Origin: a virus
Taxonomy: Duplodnaviria; Heunggongvirae; Uroviricota; Caudoviricetes; Crassvirales
Virus record (IMG/VR): IMGVR_UViG_3300035495_000018
Coordinates: 1 to 24,103 of that record
DNA: 24,103 nt
Reading direction: 5' to 3' (one strand)
In this document: in pieces, positions 17,001 to 22,657 of the stretch
Layout of the letters: each line of letters begins with the position of its first letter
Position numbering within the stretch: position 1 is the stretch's first letter
Notes under the pieces: generated by a model
What the model was told of the DNA's origin: nothing
Databases searched by the model: none
The model's input: only the letters and a program-made list of their open reading frames with translations
Position numbers and translations under genes: made by a program

Positions 17001-18224
17001 ACTATTATAGACAGTGACACAGGTGTTGTAATACAAGGTCAGGCCAGACCACAAACAAACCCTGCTGCTGAAAGGGCTAAGGAGGTAGTAGACAGAATAG
17101 TTGAGGATTCCAAGGGAATAACTCTTTCAGATGATGGTTCAGGTTATGTAGATAGTAATGGAACAAGATATGCTAGAGTTACTTCTATAATAGCAGCTGA
17201 CATTGAAGCAGGAGAAAGGTTTGACCCCAACAGTCCTTGGGTAACTCCTTCTACTAATATAGGTACAGGTGTTGATGAGTTTGTAAGAGACTTCTTTGCT
17301 GGTAAAGCTACAGACTTTAGTAAGTATCCTAATGCTACTCCTGAATCATTACAGAAATTTGCTGAACAGCTAGCAATCTTAAAGAACCAGCTTGAGCTAA
17401 ATGGTCTCACAGTAGTTCCTAGAGATGTTACTGTTACAGGTCAGATTGAAGTTGCTGATTCAAATGGTAAGATACACTCTATAAATGTTGCTGGAACACT
17501 TGACCTACTTGCTTATGATGGAAAGGGAAACTTCTATATCTTTGATATGAAGACTAATAGAAGTGGAATTGACCAACACAAGAGAGACAAGTACGCAAGA
17601 CAGTTGTCATTATACAAGGAACTACTTGAGAAGAAGTATGGTGTACAGGTTAAGTCTCTAAATATCCTTCCCATCGGAGTTACTTATCCAGCCCCAGCTG
17701 GAGCAAGAAATGGTGTGGCTGACTACTCAGTATCACCTGAGTCACCAAACCAGTTGCTCATAGATGGAAAAGAGTACAGAGAAGCAAACCCACAGCTTCA
17801 ACAAACTATAGCTGTTCCCTATAAGCCTCTACATATAGTATATGATAGACTCACAGATGCAGAAAGAGGAATGATTTCTGGAATTGAAGATGCTATAAAT
17901 GAAGGTAATGGGGTTGAGCAAGCAGCAGAGCCAATTACTCCTGTTGAAGCTCAAGTTGCAGACCCAGTTGAGGCACCAGTAGATACCACTCTTGGAGTTG
18001 CAGTTGACATGAGTGTAGGTGACTCTCTATTTGAAGATGACTTTGACTTTGGTGCAAGTTGGGATATGAGTGGAAGATTAACACCAATACCACATCATCT
18101 GCAATGGAGCAACCTTACACAAGAACAAAGAGATGGTCTTGAAGCTAAGGGCATAAATGAAGAATCCTGGTCACAAAAAGAGGACCAGGAAATGGAACAT
18201 GAGTTAGGTTGTATAAAAACTTAA
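11001..18224 (+). CDS. Giant virion cargo/ejection protein with N-terminal membrane-type segments and a C-terminal PD-(D/E)XK nuclease domain, 2407 aa
   Basis: Gly/Ala-rich hydrophobic segments occur at about 11787-11846, 12039-12155, 12225-12278 and 12954-13064. An E-G-x-E-E-x-x-Q motif (EALGEGFEEYTQ, 12801-12836) is typical of phage ejection proteins. Long coiled coils, an acidic Pro/Glu linker (about 14910-15150) and nuclease motifs at 17166-17690 follow. Confidence 0.75.
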   Translation: MILGGGPFGLGLGLPTKPAQTEQQVYNQAYFTGLAGLGADDRANWEKKYAKEIAGLDDEERDNYFRNTIFMDIFGNSDDEEDKKIFANRSSLTRDQRDSLIAQKAISSDIDAMSDLQESPLDLWKSLVDADYKYAWIDSKLGDETARQGAMRHLEEKGLENYDIFYNNLMSLDTETRDKMLSDLDNFSGEVSPYYKMYNGTDKLNLSPEEKVSMLATYLSNESVGGTAFAAKALGNSYQDIVASNQSVLEKAWNSGAQFIDSAAGMIIRAAGMVGGAVGIGLEDDESWLENVIDNTVTRYGDRIATTNSWSPSEQESLELLGMSDNPIINTVDQQNALMSANTPFELFGQYGFTTASTILSFGGSSVLQGATKGAAWLGKVAMGGKTLNATAKGTKFLRGVIKARNIGNVLIPGAVGTVEGGMNAAMTKQETLRGLEQDINDRFTQTLDGAITGGSGLEGGVQSEEDIDKAIIGSGTENCQAVLDAMFGAGKIDASKHTSAEVAELVKQRYRSDKAAAEESANTAMYYDFWTNSVINGMVNSTWKAGLEAPRVQNALRKIGLGGGESPVSEAVNVARQGDRWVAQARQATRGQLFKSRLKEALGEGFEEYTQDISSAFGQAYANDKMQQYIDNKYGANPGATAAQNDFWQSFAAGIQAAGNAAVSPDAIKSGLYGALSTAMGGPNIAMKQGANGNMRASGITWRSAITPLISNKERDAINEQREKMAEHFNNYFSDETMQRALFNAGGTAEWLTQMQQSIESNDEKGARDARVGQMFSNIITLNDLEGTGYHDAVVANLQARAGFNEANLADPESEESKSVEQLMASAAHRTQNLTREEALQTIKKNATEMLNMMDMVSKETRSIEKIFGENIDQDVKASMVFNRVVIDDYKKRIGQLDDEISQVTTELGSQENLTPTSSPTSKGRRLIARFGSLSNAISELQRMEQQKSEIDQVVREMEGEESDGHLSQEDQATFAMAKEYQRVLARDIKAIKEAREEYSTEARHMPVERDGITYDDPVDSTVLSAEEIMRLSASDRAFMLDPKHKDRYSQEQQAEIDKVNSVGTSIHQDFNKKVADRSRIERDYKAAMTSQFNLMYSPKALNRYVNKVKLQAQQRMLQKKNEDLIDLAVKEDDYWRFSERLDEIYNNGDQAEISAVEGMLSGRDFSGVRWLGIPQEATDMFERYQSENQRKAEVYDWAERNGVFEENDPRADVFAATLDYLTNSGVDIADIESGAQSLLETTLDEDGNPGEYYFEQHLARANERSPIEEQVNGYSSIEETIQTYRDVMSRYNAERQQRELDNEEVVASQTDEAASEPAVIPEPQTSGPSLFDIGGSTPEAGHLNSDGERVGTTTVSDMVEQAEEPVETPQEEPQATPVSVVDKFTENSNEEVGKAAEIALRNAENAPSFSPEAKSEVKSILEELADYSFDSVDDFLESVTKRANALDSRAEDDNRQVPDLLRHVVAKVQQAKNSKESITTPSSSVSPFFDRRRRTIQTQARRMNYNMFGAGPNAGYITSINIAHIRQNHPDSIHADYYDKYGIEDALRDGVLSGNPDVMFITDSNLTDAVRNDMESKGIGYTENDLPIVAVVETSNGPITINVNGQDKHFQPVSIMSATGVEYSAGSNNMAPIRRLASSNGGGVSIVKNADGSPVVTKPMGQIKAVPNYDSSRRGQDNNNVLDVGQSDLSENERDTPQGYQKAKRKFLKSLGVVKVSDTLKKIVFHLNKLNGATHPIDIFIAPVQRTTNKNGQSVTQVRDDADGLISFNSRTRRAAKAIGSFIESFTDEEMSFNRDSNGQVIPLGDTAKLLESYASGIESRVSNFINIASKSGWHYAVNATDQSVDGKRVYSIDLVNDDGSSIQLTAVHQGMTEEQSKAAQHQFLRNLLMDETGEVRMSNDRDSLAKWQVPFSDVERASQGDENAKKNLSDIYDDGYLEVSATNTSFQYTIQGIALQSPFKRDGSPVYQTVANTDNATPSSPLNSPAVVANGQVEQGETIIDSDTGVVIQGQARPQTNPAAERAKEVVDRIVEDSKGITLSDDGSGYVDSNGTRYARVTSIIAADIEAGERFDPNSPWVTPSTNIGTGVDEFVRDFFAGKATDFSKYPNATPESLQKFAEQLAILKNQLELNGLTVVPRDVTVTGQIEVADSNGKIHSINVAGTLDLLAYDGKGNFYIFDMKTNRSGIDQHKRDKYARQLSLYKELLEKKYGVQVKSLNILPIGVTYPAPAGARNGVADYSVSPESPNQLLIDGKEYREANPQLQQTIAVPYKPLHIVYDRLTDAERGMISGIEDAINEGNGVEQAAEPITPVEAQVADPVEAPVDTTLGVAVDMSVGDSLFEDDFDFGASWDMSGRLTPIPHHLQWSNLTQEQRDGLEAKGINEESWSQKEDQEMEHELGCIKT
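17166..17690 (+). other. PD-(D/E)XK (RecB/AddB-like) nuclease domain within the 2407-aa protein
   Basis: The motifs are in canonical order: RVTSII, GTGVD, VAGTLD(2168)LL, YIFD(2182)MK(2184)T, Q(2201)LSLY(2205), then the LNILPI beta-strand. The catalytic D...D-x-K and the RecB-family Q-x-x-x-Y motif are intact. Confidence 0.85.
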
Positions 18225-18232
18225 TAGAAAAA

Positions 18233-18267
18233 AATAAAGGGTAGTGATTAACTCACTACCCTTTATT
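18233..18267. terminator. Bidirectional intrinsic terminator between convergent giant genes
   Basis: Perfect 15-bp inverted repeat AATAAAGGGTAGTGA / TCACTACCCTTTATT with loop TTAAC. The A-run at 18228-18234 gives the U-tract for the - strand, and CTTTATTGTT serves the + strand. It fills the 44-bp gap between the stops at 18224 and 18269. Confidence 0.9.
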
Positions 18268-18268
18268 G

Positions 18269-21200
18269 TTATCTAGCCTTAACATTTCTACCATATTCAA
18301 ATGACTTGGCAGCTTCATAAGGATGTTCAAATGTATACACACTTCTTAAGTATGGGCACATCCTCCTCATGTGCACAAGACCTTCAGAGTCTCCTTCTTC
18401 ATACAGCCCTTCTTTGCTGGACTGATAGAAGAATGTTGAATTGGCCTCATCAGCAAATGGCATTCCACCTATTTGATATGCAGTATTGCCTATATCCATC
18501 AGAGCACTGAAGCCAGATGGTATCATATCCAATACTGTGTTTGCCTCATAATACCATCCACCAGGATAGTTGAAGGCTGCTTGCTCTCTATATAGTCTGT
18601 TGGCAAAGTAGTAGATTAGACCTTTTGCAATGTTATCCTCATCATCGTCATCATCATCACCTACTGCTGTAAGTCCCTTGAGTAGTGCAAGTAACCCAAT
18701 CAGTAAGAAGTCACCAAAGTTTCTCTTAAGATTCCTTACTTGATTAGCTGAGAAGCCAGCTTGATAAAGTGCATTAGCAGTATTCTTTCCAAATGGCATA
18801 AGCAATGCTCTAGCAGTAAGCTTAAATCCACCTCTATCAGTAAATGTACTCAAGATAACCTTTGCTACAGTATTCAATGAGCCTTCAGTGTTTTGACCTA
18901 GAGCTACATTGTACTTGTTAGCACCAAATCTTCTTTCCATCATACCAAGAGCATAACCCCTCATGGCAAGTACAGCATTACCATACCAACTCTGAGAGAA
19001 GGCCACCTTGTCTTGGTTATTATAAATACCATGCAGCCTTATGTTAATCTCTCTAGCCTTGTCCATGAACTCAGTTTCATCTGTAGCATTCCATGTAAGG
19101 TTCTCAGCGTCTTGCCTTAACTGAGTGAGTGTATTTTCTGTATCTGCAAGGTTATAGTTCTTGTTGGACAAATAATCTTGCTCATCTTGGCTAAGGTTGA
19201 TAGCAGCTCCAAATGGATTAGACATTGCTGACTCAATCTTTGATATGATTGAATTAGCCATATCATATTCAGCCTTTCCATCTTTTGACTTGAAGAAGGT
19301 TCCTTCGAGTGACAGAGTTTTGCCACCCTTTCTTCCATAACTATCTACATTATCAACAACCTTATAAGCATTGAACAGAGATATTTTATCTCCATTCTCA
19401 TCATACAGCATTGTCTTGCCAGCAAGGGCTAGGTATGCTATTGATGACATATAGTGGTCACCAGACTTATATGGAAGGAACAGACTCTCACTGAACATAT
19501 TATATATTCTATTCCAAGCATTCCTCTCATGCCAGTCTCTGTGTTTCTGTCTACTGTCACTAAGTATGTTGAAATGTCTCATCATAAGAGACACCTTATC
19601 TTCCTTCACATCATTTCCATATTGAATCCAGTTACTACCAAATGAACTGAAGTACAGTTTGTTAGCCCTCAAGAAATCTTTTGCTGTGAAGAACTCTCCA
19701 GCAATAGCTTCCTTGAATAGCTCATTGAAGCCAGTCATAGTATTAACAGCACCACCCGCAACATTACCTCCTAGGAAGTATTTAGAAGCAAATGATGACA
19801 GAGCTGCCAGTACCTTTTCAAGTACAACTCTTTTTCCTATCTTATGCTTGGTATTTCCAATACCATAGACTTGCTTGTCAAGGAACTTAAGATACCTATT
19901 ATAGGCCTTAGATTTATCTCCAGCTATCTGCTCTTCAGTCTTCTGACCTCCAACCTTTCTCTTCTGTAGAACATTCTTTCCTACTTCAAGAGTATCAACT
20001 ATTTGACTCATGGCAAGGTGGCTGTTAGCCATACTTGCATAAGCAAGTGTTGAATGGAACAGGTCAGTTGACAGCTCAGTCATATCTTGTAGTTTGTTTA
20101 TACCAAACAATGGAAGTCTATGTATCTTCTCTTTTTCATGAGCTAATGCATTAGCAAACAGTTCCTCCTCTTCAGAGTTATATGTCTGGTTACTTCCAAA
20201 ATCAGTATCCTCACTACTTTCACAGAAAGTATCCATGATGCTTCCTCTAAGTGCATGACCAACAGCTTTTGTTATACCAACAGTTTGATTCTTAACTCTG
20301 TTGGTGAACTTGCCTTTGAATTGAGGCATTCTTACTGCTAGAGTACTGCCTTCAGGTAGTCTTGCATCTAGCCCAGTCTTGAGTTGCATATAGTCATTGT
20401 ACCAGTTATGAAGGTCATTATTTGATACAACTACTCTGTCAAACTCTGGATTAGCATAGGTACCATTTGGTATGTACCTCTGCATATTCTGGTCATAGAT
20501 ACTATGTGTAGTATGCCATGCCCTGGATAATGGTCTGAAATACATGTCCCATTGGACTGCTTTCTCAAACTCTGTCATCTGGTCCAAGTTAGGAACAGTC
20601 TGCTTGAAGTTCTCAAGTTCAGCTTTCTTGAACTCTTCCCAATCACTTTCATAATCTCCCCAATTGACTTCAGAGAGTATATTACCTGTCAGTTGACCAT
20701 CTCTTCTACTTCTTTCAAATAGAATGCTGGTGTCCTTTATACCCATATCCTTGAGTCTCTTCTCAAGTATTCTGAGCTCATCCTGACATTGATTGGTAAG
20801 GTCATCTGCTGCTTTGTTTGCAGCCTTTGTAGCCCTATCAACTATCTGACCTATAAGGTCTGAGTTATTTGACATAGATGCTAGATACCTCTCAAAGAAA
20901 GTAATATCTCCCTCCATCTGTTCTAGTACTTCGGACACATGGAGTTTGCCCTCCTTCTGGAATGACAGACCCCATCTGCCATCCTTATTAAACAGTACTC
21001 TTGCAGATGTTTCAACATATTTACTCCCAAGTGTATCTTCACAGAACCTACAGAAGAATTGTCTCTCCTTTTGGAACAGCTCAGCCATAAGAGTCTTATT
21101 AGCCTGAGCAAGGTTGTTAAGGACCTGATTAAGATTTACAGTTACAACATTGCCTAAACTATCTGTAAGTTGGACATGGTCAATGTTACCTTTCAGTTCC

Positions 21201-22642
21201 CTTTGACCACCTACCTCTACACATGCTTCTTCTATGACACCTTGTAGTGTGAAACTAAGATTAACAAATGTATGTATCTGTCTTAACTTCCTGCCATTCT
21301 CTGCCATGTTACTCATGAAGTCACCTATGTTCTGGAAGTCAATAGACTTAAGTAGAGTGTCTATTTCCTTTCCATCACCCATCATATCAGATATAAGTGA
21401 CAGAGCCTCGGTTATACCATCAAGAGCAACACTGTCAGATAAGAATGAATTACCATTGGCATTTATAAGGTTAGTTCTTCCTGACTCAGTAACACCAAGT
21501 ATACCCATCATCTTCTTAGTGAAGATGTTATTGTCTATACCTTTCAATTCTGATACAGCCAGACTCAACCTATTAACAGTTTCTCTATATAACTTGGTGT
21601 TGGTAGTTCCCTGAGCACTGTATAGGGTCTCTCTTGTCTTTAGAGCCTCTTCTATAGAACCACTGAAATCACCAGACATAAAGTCACTTGCAAGTTTATC
21701 TGCAATTGCTTTTGCTTCAAGTGTAGCTCTATAAGCTGCATTATCACCTTTCTTGAATACAGAGAATACTCTTTTTGCTAGGTCAACTATCCTATGGACC
21801 ATCTTCTGCCAGGGCTTCTCATTATCAACACCACCAATGAGTGCCTTTCCAACAAGTGCTCCAGCTACCTCTCTTCTTGCATCAGCTCCTAGTACCTTGT
21901 TATTGTATTCATCACCTAATGCCTCTTTCTGAACCTCTGGGGTAAGAAGTTTCATGAGTCTTTCAACTAGCGGAGAGTCACTTAATGCACCTATAACAAA
22001 GTGACCAGCCTCCTCTGCCAGATTCTCTGTAACTCTTTCCCCATTTACAACTCTGATAAGCTGGTACATTCCATCAGCTGTTTGCTGTGCATTTACAGTA
22101 CTGTATCTTCCCCCTGTTTTGTCATCTTTTTCCATGAACTCAACAGATACTCCAGCCTTATTAAGGTGATACATTATCCTGTCATGTAGAGACCTCTTTC
22201 TTACTTCTTCATACAATGCAATCTCAGCTGCATTAGTACGAGGAACTACAGACAATTCATACTTACCATTGTTGTATTTCACTGTAGCCATGAAGTCACT
22301 TTTGAACCTACTATTGTTGTTGAAGCTCTGTAGTCTTGTCATAGCCTGTGAATACTCGTATGTACCAGCTCCTATATCCTTGTTGAGAGTAGATAGTATT
22401 TGTTCCTGGCTCACATCAATGTTAGCCAACTTTCTAAGAGAGTTGAATGTAATTTCTCCATTCTCATCGAATTCAGCTCTATCCCTTACTCTATCAAGGA
22501 ACTCCTGGTTTGTGCCTACACTGTAATACTCTTTTGTTAGTTCCCTATTGGGAAGATGGTAGAGTAAATCTTTGAAAAGATTACTCTCTACCACCTCACC
22601 ATTAGAGTTCCTAACATGAGCTATTTTCACACATTTACTCAT
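18269..22642 (-). CDS. Large virion-associated (cargo/ejection-type) protein of the RNAP gene cluster, with a degenerate zincin-like motif, 1457 aa
   Basis: Uninterrupted ORF with start context TAATATG. It has ENLAEEAGHFVIGAL near the N-terminus (E210-H214) and is predicted largely helical. A Gly-rich KYFLGGNVAGGAVNTMTG segment, INIRLHGIYN...WYGNAVLAMRGYALGMMERRFG and a hydrophobic FLLIGLLALLKGLTAV followed by poly-Asp give it a C-terminal region like other phage ejection/large polyvalent proteins. Confidence 0.65.
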   Translation of the reverse strand: MSKCVKIAHVRNSNGEVVESNLFKDLLYHLPNRELTKEYYSVGTNQEFLDRVRDRAEFDENGEITFNSLRKLANIDVSQEQILSTLNKDIGAGTYEYSQAMTRLQSFNNNSRFKSDFMATVKYNNGKYELSVVPRTNAAEIALYEEVRKRSLHDRIMYHLNKAGVSVEFMEKDDKTGGRYSTVNAQQTADGMYQLIRVVNGERVTENLAEEAGHFVIGALSDSPLVERLMKLLTPEVQKEALGDEYNNKVLGADARREVAGALVGKALIGGVDNEKPWQKMVHRIVDLAKRVFSVFKKGDNAAYRATLEAKAIADKLASDFMSGDFSGSIEEALKTRETLYSAQGTTNTKLYRETVNRLSLAVSELKGIDNNIFTKKMMGILGVTESGRTNLINANGNSFLSDSVALDGITEALSLISDMMGDGKEIDTLLKSIDFQNIGDFMSNMAENGRKLRQIHTFVNLSFTLQGVIEEACVEVGGQRELKGNIDHVQLTDSLGNVVTVNLNQVLNNLAQANKTLMAELFQKERQFFCRFCEDTLGSKYVETSARVLFNKDGRWGLSFQKEGKLHVSEVLEQMEGDITFFERYLASMSNNSDLIGQIVDRATKAANKAADDLTNQCQDELRILEKRLKDMGIKDTSILFERSRRDGQLTGNILSEVNWGDYESDWEEFKKAELENFKQTVPNLDQMTEFEKAVQWDMYFRPLSRAWHTTHSIYDQNMQRYIPNGTYANPEFDRVVVSNNDLHNWYNDYMQLKTGLDARLPEGSTLAVRMPQFKGKFTNRVKNQTVGITKAVGHALRGSIMDTFCESSEDTDFGSNQTYNSEEEELFANALAHEKEKIHRLPLFGINKLQDMTELSTDLFHSTLAYASMANSHLAMSQIVDTLEVGKNVLQKRKVGGQKTEEQIAGDKSKAYNRYLKFLDKQVYGIGNTKHKIGKRVVLEKVLAALSSFASKYFLGGNVAGGAVNTMTGFNELFKEAIAGEFFTAKDFLRANKLYFSSFGSNWIQYGNDVKEDKVSLMMRHFNILSDSRQKHRDWHERNAWNRIYNMFSESLFLPYKSGDHYMSSIAYLALAGKTMLYDENGDKISLFNAYKVVDNVDSYGRKGGKTLSLEGTFFKSKDGKAEYDMANSIISKIESAMSNPFGAAINLSQDEQDYLSNKNYNLADTENTLTQLRQDAENLTWNATDETEFMDKAREINIRLHGIYNNQDKVAFSQSWYGNAVLAMRGYALGMMERRFGANKYNVALGQNTEGSLNTVAKVILSTFTDRGGFKLTARALLMPFGKNTANALYQAGFSANQVRNLKRNFGDFLLIGLLALLKGLTAVGDDDDDDEDNIAKGLIYYFANRLYREQAAFNYPGGWYYEANTVLDMIPSGFSALMDIGNTAYQIGGMPFADEANSTFFYQSSKEGLYEEGDSEGLVHMRRMCPYLRSVYTFEHPYEAAKSFEYGRNVKAR

Positions 22643-22657
22643 ATTATAGAATTAAAT

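Noticed and set aside
17166-17690. Cas4 identity or CRISPR association for the nuclease domain
   Set aside because: The Fe-S cluster cysteines of Cas4 are absent, and I saw no repeat-spacer array or cas genes.
18225-18268. Switch from purine-rich to pyrimidine-rich + strand as a replication origin or terminus
   Set aside because: The switch coincides exactly with the change of coding strand, so coding bias explains it.
21041-21052. CxxC (CRFC) as a zinc finger in the 1457-aa protein
   Set aside because: It is a single CxxC in a helical context with no partner CxxC/HxxC at a plausible distance.
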